Source: a virus
Length of the DNA: 64,000 nucleotides
IMG/VR virus record: IMGVR_UViG_3300045988_170206
Location: 64,001-128,000 of that record
Strand: one strand, 5' to 3'
Of this stretch, positions 50,261-59,212 are shown piece by piece. Made by a program: the position numbers and the translations under genes. Position 1 is the stretch's first letter, and every line of letters begins with the position of its first letter. The notes under the pieces are model-generated. The model was not told the DNA's origin. It saw only the letters and a list, made by a program, of their open reading frames with translations, and made no database searches.

Positions 50261-50709
50261 GTAACAACGACAACGAGCTCCGCATCAGCGGAAACCTGAC
50301 CCGCGACCCCGAGCTGCGCTATACGCAGTCAGGGAAGCCCGTCGCATCATTCACCGTCGCCGTCAACCGCCGAGTCCGCGACCAGTCCGGCAACTGGGTG
50401 GATGGCACCACTCTCTTCGTGCAGTGCGTAGCCTGGGAACAACTCGGCGAGAACGTCGCAGAGTCCCTGCGAAAGGGCGCGAGTGTTGCCGTCGTGGGCA
50501 GGATCGAGCCCAAGGAGTACGACTCGAACGGCATGAAGGTTCGTGGCTTCGAACTGATCGCCGACGATGTCAGTGTCTCCCTGCGCCGCCAGCAGGCCAC
50601 CGTCAAGAAGGCCACCCCCGCACCCAGCGGTCAGGGTAACGGCTACAACTCCTACAGTCCCAACGCTCAGTACACGACGGACCCCTACGCAACAGGGGAA
50701 TACTACTAA
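50257..50709 (+). CDS. ssb: single-stranded DNA-binding protein
   Basis: LRISGNLTRDPELRYTQSGKPVASFTVAVNRR...LFVQCVAWEQLGENVAESLRKGASVAVVGR is a canonical OB-fold SSB sequence. It has a Gly/Asn/Tyr-rich tail. Confidence 0.85.
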   Translation: MSNNDNELRISGNLTRDPELRYTQSGKPVASFTVAVNRRVRDQSGNWVDGTTLFVQCVAWEQLGENVAESLRKGASVAVVGRIEPKEYDSNGMKVRGFELIADDVSVSLRRQQATVKKATPAPSGQGNGYNSYSPNAQYTTDPYATGEYY

Positions 50710-50728
50710 GCCCAGACAGGACACAACA

Positions 50729-51016
50729 ATGGCCAGCGCCTCCCACATGTTTCCATTCATGCTCACTCTCCCTGACGGAACCCTCCACGATACAGTCCGC
50801 ATCTACGCGGAAACCCTCGAGGCCGTCGCAGAATGGTGCGGCGGGGAAGTGGGAGGTGCGGCCATCCCCGGCAAAGGCACCGTCGCCGGCATCCTCTACC
50901 CCACAGGTAAAGGCCACGATGCGTTCGCGCCCGTCGGCTCCTACCTCCTGCGAGGAGCCGTCTCTGCTCAGCATATGAGCGCCGAAGAGTTCAACAAGGT
51001 CTACACGAACCTCTGA
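50729..51016 (+). CDS. hypothetical protein (95 aa)
   Basis: ORF 50567.. trimmed to the ATG at 50729. Confidence 0.5.
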   Translation: MASASHMFPFMLTLPDGTLHDTVRIYAETLEAVAEWCGGEVGGAAIPGKGTVAGILYPTGKGHDAFAPVGSYLLRGAVSAQHMSAEEFNKVYTNL

Positions 51017-51022
51017 CAGTCC

Positions 51023-51505
51023 ATGCCCGCCCAGACAGCGCAGCAGATCATCGCCGCAGCACGCCGCAACGCAGCCGCACTCCCATCCGAGCAAGCCGCC
51101 GCCCGCGAGCGCCGCAACACTGCGCGCAAAGCCGCTCGCAAAGCCCGCGAAGCAGCCAAACCAGTACGCGCTGCACGAGAACTCCCACCCATCGACGGCG
51201 CGCACTGGGCGAAGCGGCGATACGGCTCCAACTGGCTCTACCCCACGATTCAACTCACCAGCTCCCACGTCGCACGCCTCATCACCCAATGGGCACCACG
51301 CACCACCCGCTACGTCGAAACCCCCTCCACGTGGGGCCTGTACGTGTGGAACAGCAGGCGCGGACCTGAACCCGTTCTCGCACAAGAAGGCTGGTACATT
51401 GTGCGCACAAAGTATGGGCTACGAGTAATGCAACCAGCCGTTTTCCAGCAGCTTTACGAACCCTTCGCGCCACAAAACAAGCAATACCCACCTAGCGGCA
51501 GGTAA
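51023..51505 (+). CDS. hypothetical basic protein (160 aa)
   Basis: ORF with an Ala/Arg-rich N-terminus and a Trp/Tyr-rich C-terminal domain. Confidence 0.55.
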   Translation: MPAQTAQQIIAAARRNAAALPSEQAAARERRNTARKAARKAREAAKPVRAARELPPIDGAHWAKRRYGSNWLYPTIQLTSSHVARLITQWAPRTTRYVETPSTWGLYVWNSRRGPEPVLAQEGWYIVRTKYGLRVMQPAVFQQLYEPFAPQNKQYPPSGR

Positions 51506-51636
51506 TGCCTGAAACCGCAACAAAACAAAGGTGACAACAACCACACTATGCGCATTAAAGAGACATTTTTAGTTGCAAAACAACCACTTTCACAACCGCC
51601 ACAAACTAATACGCCAACAAAAACTAGAAAATACGC

Positions 51637-51665
51637 TTGAAAAACATTCAGCGTACATATAGGCT
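51637..51665 (+). promoter_or_regulatory. candidate sigma-70-type promoter TTGAAA - 17 nt - TAGGCT
   Basis: Read by eye in an AT-rich intergenic region, 62 nt upstream of the TTG start of the surface-protein gene. Confidence 0.35.
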
Positions 51666-51726
51666 TTCCGCGAAAGCACGGAGCGAGGGAGTACACACTT
51701 CCTCCATCAACACAGAAGGAGACACT

Positions 51727-53448
51727 TTGTCTACTAAGACCATCAAGCGCTCGGCCCTCACGAAGGCCGTCACGCTCTTCGCCCTCGTGGGCATGGGTAT
51801 TATCGCCCACCCCGCAACGGCGACGTTCGCCGCTCCCGAGAATACGACTGACGACACGCCCGCCGCTGCGCCCGCCCGCTCTGGCAACGACATCACCGGA
51901 AATGATGGTGGCGCATCGACCGCCACCGGCGGCATTCAGATCGACGGCGTGCGCGCCACCCGCGAGTATGACAAGCCGAGCGTTGGCTCGTCCGTAAAGG
52001 TCCACGTGGACTACTCCGGCAAGAAGGTGTCTCAGGGCGCAACCTTCACGATTGGCCTGGGCGAGGGCCTGAAGGTTCCCGCAGGCATGAATAAGGTGAC
52101 TCTCAAGGCCACCACCCTCGACGGTTCCCACGAGGAGAACATCGGTGAGTGCACCGTCACCAACAATGCACTCAACTGTGAGATCACCGCAGACATCGCC
52201 GCCACCCTCGGCGGTAACGGCGACCTCAAGGCCGCATATGTAGACTTCCAGGCGGCTATCGACTCCTCTGCCACCGGCAAGAAGTCCATCGAAATCACCG
52301 TCGCTGGCACCACCTACACGGTGTCCATGGGCGACGGGGTTATCGGTGAGGGTTACGAGAAGGATCCCGGTAAGGGTATGTGGTCCGACGGCATGGAGAA
52401 TGGCCTGCACCGCCACCGCGGCTTCATCTGGACAGGCGAACTCCCCGGCGGTACCGCTGTCACCATCACCGACACGAGCGCCGACGTGCTTGCCAGCAAG
52501 GCGTACTGCACAGCGAATCATTCGTGGGCCAAGAAGGACGAAATCATCGCGGACAACAACAAGCTGTCCGCAGACAAGCACACCATCACCTTCACCATTC
52601 CGGCAGGTGATAACGTCAACTGCCGTGTCGCCTTCAAGATGCTGACCGAGGGCCTGGTCGCACACAACGAGGCCGAAGTTAATGGCAAGACCCTTGTTGC
52701 CGATAACAAGTGGCGCGCGAAGGGCGGCTCCGGCGGCTCCACGGACGAGGATGCAAAGCCCGTCGAGCCTGCTCCTACGCCGGATCCGACCCCGGAACCT
52801 CCCAAGCCGGACCCGAAGCCTACCCCAGAGCCCACGCCTGAGCCGTCTGAGCCTCCGGCTCCCACGCCCGAGCCTTCGGAGCCTCCGGCCCCCACCCCGG
52901 AACCTTCAACGCCTCCGGCCACCCCGGACCCCGAGCCCCCCGCTCCTACGCCGGACCCAACCCCCGAGGCCCCGAAGCCGGACCCCAAGCCTGAGCCGAC
53001 CCCCGAGGCTCCCAAGCCGGACCCGAAGCCCACGCCCGAGCAGCCCACCCCGGATCCCAAGCCGACCCCGGACACGCCTCCGGTCACTCCCGACCCGAAG
53101 CCCAGCGTTCCTCCGGTCACCCCGGATCCCGAGCCCAGCACCCCGTCCGTGACCCCGGACCCGAAGCCCTCGGAGCCCCCGGTTACGCCTGAGCCCTCCA
53201 CGCCTCCGGCTCCCACGCCTGAGCCGAAGCCGTCCGAGCCGACCACACCTGTCACCCCCAACACGCCCAGCACCCCGGACACTCCTCCGGTGACCCCGAA
53301 GGCCCCCACGCCTTCCGCTCCCGCCAGCAATGGCGGTGGCACGCTGGCTAAGACGGGTGCCGACGCTGGCCTGATCGCTGGCGCTGGCGTGCTCGCCGTC
53401 GCCGGTGGCGCGCTCCTGGTGGCCCGCCGCCGCCAGAACAAGAACTGA
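51727..53448 (+). CDS. sortase-anchored (LAKTG) cell-surface protein with a proline-rich stalk
   Basis: TTG start after GAAGGAG. The signal peptide is KRSALTKAVTLFALVGMGIIAHPATATFA. The C-terminus has LAKTG, a hydrophobic segment and RRRQNKN. The stalk is ~190 aa of P(T/E/D/K)P repeats. Confidence 0.8.
   Translation: MSTKTIKRSALTKAVTLFALVGMGIIAHPATATFAAPENTTDDTPAAAPARSGNDITGNDGGASTATGGIQIDGVRATREYDKPSVGSSVKVHVDYSGKKVSQGATFTIGLGEGLKVPAGMNKVTLKATTLDGSHEENIGECTVTNNALNCEITADIAATLGGNGDLKAAYVDFQAAIDSSATGKKSIEITVAGTTYTVSMGDGVIGEGYEKDPGKGMWSDGMENGLHRHRGFIWTGELPGGTAVTITDTSADVLASKAYCTANHSWAKKDEIIADNNKLSADKHTITFTIPAGDNVNCRVAFKMLTEGLVAHNEAEVNGKTLVADNKWRAKGGSGGSTDEDAKPVEPAPTPDPTPEPPKPDPKPTPEPTPEPSEPPAPTPEPSEPPAPTPEPSTPPATPDPEPPAPTPDPTPEAPKPDPKPEPTPEAPKPDPKPTPEQPTPDPKPTPDTPPVTPDPKPSVPPVTPDPEPSTPSVTPDPKPSEPPVTPEPSTPPAPTPEPKPSEPTTPVTPNTPSTPDTPPVTPKAPTPSAPASNGGGTLAKTGADAGLIAGAGVLAVAGGALLVARRRQNKN
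52756..53325 (+). repeat. imperfect tandem nucleotide repeats encoding the Pro-rich stalk
   Basis: Units such as ccggacccgaagcccacgcccgag recur. At the protein level: PTPEPSEPPAPTPEPSEPPAPTPEPSTPPA, and PKPDPKPEPTPEAPKPDPKPTPE. Confidence 0.75.
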
Positions 53449-53464
53449 CACCAGTCAGCAAATT

Positions 53465-53510
53465 GGGAGGCCCCAGAGATGCAATACTCTCCGGGGCCTC
53501 CCACCTTTTT
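53465..53510 (+). terminator. intrinsic terminator GGGAGGCCCC ... GGGGCCTCCC + ACCTTTTT
   Basis: 10-bp GC stem followed by a T run, 17 nt after the stop. Confidence 0.8.
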
Positions 53511-53619
53511 AGTAAACCGAGGTTTTGCCCGGCCATGCAAGGCTTTTAATGTTGCCACAGTAATGCGCGTAATGCTACAGTAGGGCATTAAGAGACAATT
53601 TCGCAGAAAGGAGCAATAA

Positions 53620-53967
53620 ATGCTCAAGAAATACCAGGTCACCAAGATGGTTGACGACACTGACGGGTCCGAAGCCACCCGCACCATCAAGTTCAGCATC
53701 GACGGCGCACACTACGAAATCGACCTGTCTGACAAGAACGCGGACAAGTTCCGCGAGGCCTTCGCGCCCTACATCGCCAACGGTCGGCGCGTGACCTCAC
53801 GAAAGTCATCACGCAAGACCGGCAGCGCCAGCACAGGGCGCGCTCAGCGTCAGAAGACAGCAGAGATCCGCGCCTGGGCCATCAAGAAGGGCTACACGTC
53901 ATCCACGCGAGGCCGACTTGGCCCGACCATCATTGAAGCCTACGAGGCCGCACACAAGGACCACTGA
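53620..53967 (+). CDS. lsr2: Lsr2-family nucleoid-associated protein
   Basis: The N-terminus is VDDTDGSEATRTIKFSIDGAHYEIDLSDKNADKFREAFAPYI. The C-terminus is IRAWAIKKGYTSSTRGRLGPTIIEAYEAA (RGR AT-hook-like motif). Confidence 0.8.
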   Translation: MLKKYQVTKMVDDTDGSEATRTIKFSIDGAHYEIDLSDKNADKFREAFAPYIANGRRVTSRKSSRKTGSASTGRAQRQKTAEIRAWAIKKGYTSSTRGRLGPTIIEAYEAAHKDH

Positions 53968-53997
53968 TACTTAGCAGCTAAGGCAAAGGAAATCATC

Positions 53998-54351
53998 ATG
54001 AAGATTGTGTTTGAGGACAACATCATCGTTGACCCGTCTACCAACTCCGCCACCCCTCTACCCAACATGACCATTACAGTCGGCTACAAGGACATGCCTG
54101 CCGTCGCATCCATCGACATGCGCGGCGAGGTGGACCTGCGCACCCTCCCGGTGGGGACGTTTATCGTCACTGTGGGGCCGACAAAGGACGTTACCCATGA
54201 GGACCGCCAGTACATGAAGTGCAAGCGCTTGTGGCGCGGCTCCGACGAAAGCACCTGGGACGACCATTCCCTCGCGGAAGAGCTCACCGAGCAGACGCTC
54301 GCAGGCCGTCGAGCCATCGTCCGCGACATCCCCAACTACCCCATCTACTAA
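53998..54351 (+). CDS. hypothetical protein (117 aa)
   Basis: ORF with GGAAATCATC upstream. Ordinary composition. Confidence 0.55.
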   Translation: MKIVFEDNIIVDPSTNSATPLPNMTITVGYKDMPAVASIDMRGEVDLRTLPVGTFIVTVGPTKDVTHEDRQYMKCKRLWRGSDESTWDDHSLAEELTEQTLAGRRAIVRDIPNYPIY

Positions 54352-54370
54352 GGGAAGCAGGAGAATCGTC

Positions 54371-57184
54371 ATGTATGATCCCGGTGCTCTCACAGAGCTC
54401 GCCCTCAAGAACGGCGCGAAGATCAAGCGCAGCGCAGATGAGATCGGTAATGCCGTTTTGGCGTCCCCCCAGGCGAAGGTCGCAGAGTTCGACGAACCTG
54501 ACTACATCCACTTCGAGGTGGAAGAGGGGAGCGACACCATCAGCGTGACTTTCGGTGCGCGCGTTTCTGCCCCTGTTAGCGTGTACCTTAGTGACACGCC
54601 ACTTCCCGATGAGGAATCCTGGGTCAGGCTCATGTGCGAAGCAGCATGGGATACCACTTCAATGCGCATCAAAGAGGGATCCCTTCACATCGATGACAAC
54701 AAGTTCAACTCCAACGAGGCTGTGGCCGCAAACAGCGAGAGGCTGACGAAAGAAATCGAGCGGCAGGCTCAGGAGGAGATCGTATTTGATCGCTACCAGG
54801 TAGCAGAGCGCCTGAGTGGCAGTCTCCCCCGCGGCGAGATCGTGTCCCTTTCCTACCCGCATGATGACAGCGGGGAACACGTCGGCGGCTACTTCATGAA
54901 CTACCTCCATGGCGTTCGTCTAGGCCTTGTGGAAAGGCCTGAGCCGTGGGTGCAGGCCCTTGTTGACGATCTGCGCACTCAGTGCCGCGCACTGTTCGAC
55001 GGCGAGGAAACGTACTGCGACCCGACCAACTCGGAAGCCGGGGACGGCTCTTTCCCCAACGACCTGTACCCCATCCGCATCAGGATCCGCAACATCCTGC
55101 GCGCCGGCATCCGTGGTGACGGCGAATGGGCGGCGTATGCTCCGCTGATCCGCGCAGTCACCCCCGAGACCGTGCGCAAGCTGTACAGGCTCCCAGAAGA
55201 ACTCCCGCTGCTGAAGGTGGACGAACTGCCGGTCTCCGCCGAAGACACGAAGACCCTAGGAGAACTACTCTCCACCATGGAGCTGATCGAAGTGTCTACG
55301 CCCGATCAGGGAAAGCTGGCTGAGCACTACCAGCGTTTGCGGAAGCTACACGAAGGCTTCACGCACTACGCCGAGCTCGGGGAGCGTCTTGCAGAAGGGG
55401 ACGCAGGGGAGGATGTGGTTACGCGCATCGCCAACTACAACGAGCAAGTCAGCTCCGTCGAAGACTGCTCCAACACCATCGCAGACGCACTCAGAGCTGT
55501 GGAGCGGACTCTCAAGGTGAACGGCGTTCTCCGTTACCTGTACCAGGCCCAGGAGAAGCGCGGTAAGGTCAAGCCCCTGCAAGACCTGGACTGCCTCGCG
55601 TTAGGCGCATACGTTCAGGACTCGCCCGACGCAGACTCCTTGGGAAGGGTCCATGGTGGGAAACCTCTAAGTGAACTGAACACGTTCTTCACGTATGAAC
55701 AGGATTTCGCTGAAGCTGAGAGTGAGCGTGTGTACAGCGACAACGCTGACTTCCTTGCGCGCTATTTCCCGTTTCCGGTTATCGCAAACATTCCAGGTAT
55801 TCGAGCATGGAATAGCCTGAACAGTATTAGCAACGAAAGGCTGGCTGCCCTAACCATCAGCGCGCTAACGCATAATCGAAAGCCGTGGTCGAAGGACGCG
55901 CATCGTGCTCTAATGACGGCTTTTGTAACTGCGGGAACCTATGACATGTCATACGTAGAGTCTCGTGGTGCAGAGGAATTGTCAGCGGTTGCACCCCATC
56001 ATGAGGTACTGGCTCCGCTGGTCGATGCAGCCAAAACGCTGTATAAGGATCTGCACAAGACGTACATGCTCCCGCATAGCGATGAAAACACTGTCTATGA
56101 AGTTGCTCAAACATTCATTGACGACATTAACGCCATCTTGCCGCTTCTTGACAGCTTGTATGAGCTAAATAAGCAGTGGCTTGCCGTCAAAAACCACCTG
56201 CTGCGCGACGGCAGCACAATGGATAAGGAATACGAGCAGGAGAGGCAGGACCGCGCTCAAGTCGTAGACCTCCTTATGAAGAAGCTGGGCCTTGCAGATG
56301 CGGACCTGGAACGTGTTGGCCTAAGCCAGCAGCTTCTTCTTGGGGAGAGCGAAGCACTCTCTGAGTTCCTGGTGAAGAAAGCACTTATCCAGGTTTCATG
56401 GGTGAACTACCAGTTCATGCGGCCAGAGTATTGGGACGGTAGTCTCCATAGTGCCCGCAATGCGTCACATAAGGGGCTATTCAGAATTGCGGCCCCCGTG
56501 TCGATGATTGGGGCGCGTCATGGTGGAGTGCAGGGCATCGTAGTGGCAGAACTTATCCGAGCGTTTGGCTACTCAAATCACTCTCGACGCGATGTCGTTT
56601 TTACGAAAGAAGAATCAGAGATGGTTCTTGACTACGTTCGTAACGGCGACATTCAATCAGAGGTCCCCGTCGCTTGGGGAACTCAAGCATCCTACGCTAA
56701 CGCTTTTAGCCCTCTCTCACGCAAAGTATGGAAGCCCAGCCTACTAGCTAAGGTAGAGGATCAGGCCGCACTCATTAGAGGCTTGTTTACGAAGCTAGAC
56801 AGTGACGGCCATATCATCATCAGCCAGATGATTGCACCTGATATGGATGATGCGAGTGCAGCAGATGAGCGTGCACGCTTGGCACACGAACTCGAATCAC
56901 ACTGGGTATATAACGCCGGCTACTACGGTTGCATTGGCATAGAGAGCGCGCTCATCGCAGTTGGCGGAACGAGCAAGGGTGACACAAGCGTGTGGAACGG
57001 AGAAGTAATTCCACACTTCCGAGGAACAATCGGCGACCTGTTTGACCTTGACGAAAACGGATACGTGAAGCTCTCCTCGTACAAAAAGGCACAGCTCGTT
57101 GGAGGCGACCCACGGACACAATGCACGTATTGGCGGTTGGAGCGCGGGTTCCAATACGACTTCGTGAGTAGCTACAGGAGATAG
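54371..57184 (+). CDS. large hypothetical protein (937 aa)
   Basis: Uninterrupted ORF. No motif recognised. GC content visibly drops after about 55.6 kb. Confidence 0.7.
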   Translation: MYDPGALTELALKNGAKIKRSADEIGNAVLASPQAKVAEFDEPDYIHFEVEEGSDTISVTFGARVSAPVSVYLSDTPLPDEESWVRLMCEAAWDTTSMRIKEGSLHIDDNKFNSNEAVAANSERLTKEIERQAQEEIVFDRYQVAERLSGSLPRGEIVSLSYPHDDSGEHVGGYFMNYLHGVRLGLVERPEPWVQALVDDLRTQCRALFDGEETYCDPTNSEAGDGSFPNDLYPIRIRIRNILRAGIRGDGEWAAYAPLIRAVTPETVRKLYRLPEELPLLKVDELPVSAEDTKTLGELLSTMELIEVSTPDQGKLAEHYQRLRKLHEGFTHYAELGERLAEGDAGEDVVTRIANYNEQVSSVEDCSNTIADALRAVERTLKVNGVLRYLYQAQEKRGKVKPLQDLDCLALGAYVQDSPDADSLGRVHGGKPLSELNTFFTYEQDFAEAESERVYSDNADFLARYFPFPVIANIPGIRAWNSLNSISNERLAALTISALTHNRKPWSKDAHRALMTAFVTAGTYDMSYVESRGAEELSAVAPHHEVLAPLVDAAKTLYKDLHKTYMLPHSDENTVYEVAQTFIDDINAILPLLDSLYELNKQWLAVKNHLLRDGSTMDKEYEQERQDRAQVVDLLMKKLGLADADLERVGLSQQLLLGESEALSEFLVKKALIQVSWVNYQFMRPEYWDGSLHSARNASHKGLFRIAAPVSMIGARHGGVQGIVVAELIRAFGYSNHSRRDVVFTKEESEMVLDYVRNGDIQSEVPVAWGTQASYANAFSPLSRKVWKPSLLAKVEDQAALIRGLFTKLDSDGHIIISQMIAPDMDDASAADERARLAHELESHWVYNAGYYGCIGIESALIAVGGTSKGDTSVWNGEVIPHFRGTIGDLFDLDENGYVKLSSYKKAQLVGGDPRTQCTYWRLERGFQYDFVSSYRR

Positions 57185-57218
57185 GCGGAAGATCGCCAGT
57201 TGATCGTGCCCTCGCGAA

Positions 57219-57252
57219 GGGGAGGGGTCTACTTTCGGGTAGATCCCTCCCC
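57219..57252. terminator. bidirectional hairpin GGGGAGGGGTCTAC ... GTAGATCCCTCCCC between convergent genes
   Basis: 14-bp stem (one G.T) with a 6-nt loop. Confidence 0.7.
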
Positions 57253-57293
57253 TCTGCTGTGTGCGGGGCTTAGTTCAGCTCACCGTAGTGCCG

Positions 57294-58517
57294 TCAGTCG
57301 GCGAGAAGGTGGTAGATGAGTGAGGGGCACGTGTAGGGCGTTGCTCCGAATCGCCCCTCGAGGTAGTTCTTGGTGATGTTGCTCCCTGACTGTAGGCCGG
57401 TGAAGTCGGAGAGCTGGTAGAGCGTGGTGGCCTGGGCGCTGTTCTTCTCTGTGAACCAGATGCGCTCACGGTTATGGATGGGGCCGCGGCCAATGTCCAT
57501 GAGTGCGATGTCGTTGGTCGTGAAGATGAGCTGGGCTCCCGTCTGGTTGGCGGTGAAGGCGGTGAACCAGTTGATGATGATGCGACCAAGCTCCGTGTGG
57601 AGGGAAGCCGTCAGATCATCCACAACGAGCACCTGTCCGCTAGTGAGCGCGTCAACGGCTGCGGCGGCGAGCGCCAGCCACATGATGCTCCCCGAAGATG
57701 CTGAGAGTGCCGTGTGGGGGACTGTGTGCTCCCCGTAATGGAACTCGAGGAGGTGGGGGAGAGCCTTCGCGAGCGTGACCTCCGCAGCCTCTCTGTCTGC
57801 GGGCGTATGGTGTGTGGAGCGCGCTGGCCGCTGGGGGGTGCGCAGCTCAATGCTCGTAGTGCCAAGGTCTGCAACCTGAGCGAGCGCGCTCAGGGCCGTC
57901 GTGTCGAGGCGGCGCGACAGAAGGTGCCTGGCGATATGCAGGTATGCGTCCTCCATCGAGGGAACGCCGACACGGAAGACCTTGACCCCAGTCGTGAGCG
58001 CGTCGCGGACGGGCTTCACCTGCGGGTCGCCCATGAGGGACGCTCGAGTGAGAACCAGTTCGTTCACGTTGACATGGGGGAGGCCTTTCAGGCCGGTCAC
58101 AGCCCCGTGTATGTCGCGCGAGTAGATGGTGTTCCACCGCTTGCGGGCAACGCGCAGGTGCTCCCCTGCAACGCCGTCTGCGTTCCGAGACAGGCTGTAC
58201 TCGTAGCGCATGTTATCGAGGATGAACTCGATGCTGTAGCAGGTGGGCTTCGATGCGTCGTAGGGCCTGTAGGGGAGCGCGTTCGCCCCCAGGGGCAGGA
58301 GGGTAGTGATCGCACTCTTCATGTGGTGGAAGGCTTCTAGGATGTTCGTTTTCCCAGAGCCGTTGGGACCGTAGATGCCTGCGAGGCGGTGCAGGTAGTC
58401 GCCCCACTGAGTGCCTCCTGGCGGATTGAGGGTGCGTATTGCCGATAGGGCGAGGTTGAGGGTGGCCTCATCCCTGATCGACTTGTGATTGCTAATTGTG
58501 ATGTTGAGCAGTTGCAT
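57294..58517 (-). CDS. AAA_15/AAA_21-type (ABC-like) ATPase, monocistronic
   Basis: Walker A is IYGPNGSGKTNILEAF. Walker B and D-loop are LVVDDLTASLH. LIFTTNDIALMD is also present. ORF 57294..58652 trimmed to the ATG at 58517 (MQLLNITISNHKSIRD, a typical N-terminus for this family). Confidence 0.75.
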   Translation of the reverse strand: MQLLNITISNHKSIRDEATLNLALSAIRTLNPPGGTQWGDYLHRLAGIYGPNGSGKTNILEAFHHMKSAITTLLPLGANALPYRPYDASKPTCYSIEFILDNMRYEYSLSRNADGVAGEHLRVARKRWNTIYSRDIHGAVTGLKGLPHVNVNELVLTRASLMGDPQVKPVRDALTTGVKVFRVGVPSMEDAYLHIARHLLSRRLDTTALSALAQVADLGTTSIELRTPQRPARSTHHTPADREAAEVTLAKALPHLLEFHYGEHTVPHTALSASSGSIMWLALAAAAVDALTSGQVLVVDDLTASLHTELGRIIINWFTAFTANQTGAQLIFTTNDIALMDIGRGPIHNRERIWFTEKNSAQATTLYQLSDFTGLQSGSNITKNYLEGRFGATPYTCPSLIYHLLAD

Positions 58518-58607
58518 ACCCACAAAGTAACACACATAGGCGCATTTATGATATTTTTTATCACGAACGCGCCGAACAGTGCTCCAAACCGAGAAAGCGA
58601 GACCGCC

Positions 58608-59207
58608 ATGAAGGAAGTCCAATACATCCCACTTGGGGATATTTGGCCACAAAACCTATCCAAAGAAACACAGCAGGCGATTCGACACACCGGGTATCTT
58701 GCAGACCTAAAGCCGGACCACCCAGCCTTCACACAGGATACGAATAGCTACACCATCTTCGCGCAGACGCGCCGCCGCACATGTCCAACCCCCGAGCTCC
58801 AGTACCACTGGGACAAAACCCGGCGCTTCCTGGAAGGAGTCCTCCGCATGAAGAGCGTGGACATCTTCCCCGTGGCCTACTGGGCATGGCAGACCTCCCT
58901 GTGGATAAAGGACGCGCAAGATGACTTCACGCGCCAAATGCACGAGCGCAGCGGCGTGCTCGTCGCCCCCGACGACGGGACCGTCGTCGGCTACACGATG
59001 TGTATGCCAGTCAACTCCACCTCCGGCACACAGTGGAGTGAATCCGTGCTCAGGCCCGACACATGCGAAGCCTACGGTCTCGACGCTGACAAGCCCATCC
59101 CGGTGGGGAACGGCTACTGGTTCGTACACCCCGCCATCATGTACGGCCAGCAGATCGCGCACGTCCGCTACGTCAACGTCGGTATGGGGGATGCCATCAA
59201 CTCGTAA
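58608..59207 (+). CDS. hypothetical protein (199 aa)
   Basis: ORF 58485.. trimmed to the ATG at 58608. Divergent from the ATPase gene. No motif recognised. Confidence 0.55.
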   Translation: MKEVQYIPLGDIWPQNLSKETQQAIRHTGYLADLKPDHPAFTQDTNSYTIFAQTRRRTCPTPELQYHWDKTRRFLEGVLRMKSVDIFPVAYWAWQTSLWIKDAQDDFTRQMHERSGVLVAPDDGTVVGYTMCMPVNSTSGTQWSESVLRPDTCEAYGLDADKPIPVGNGYWFVHPAIMYGQQIAHVRYVNVGMGDAINS

Positions 59208-59212
59208 CGAAG

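Noticed and set aside
51454-53699. Minus-strand ORFs (403 aa, 393 aa, 181 aa) opposite the surface-protein gene
   Set aside because: They are Gly/Ser/Val repeats that mirror the Pro-rich repeat on the coding strand. The plus-strand ORF has a signal peptide and an LAKTG sorting signal.
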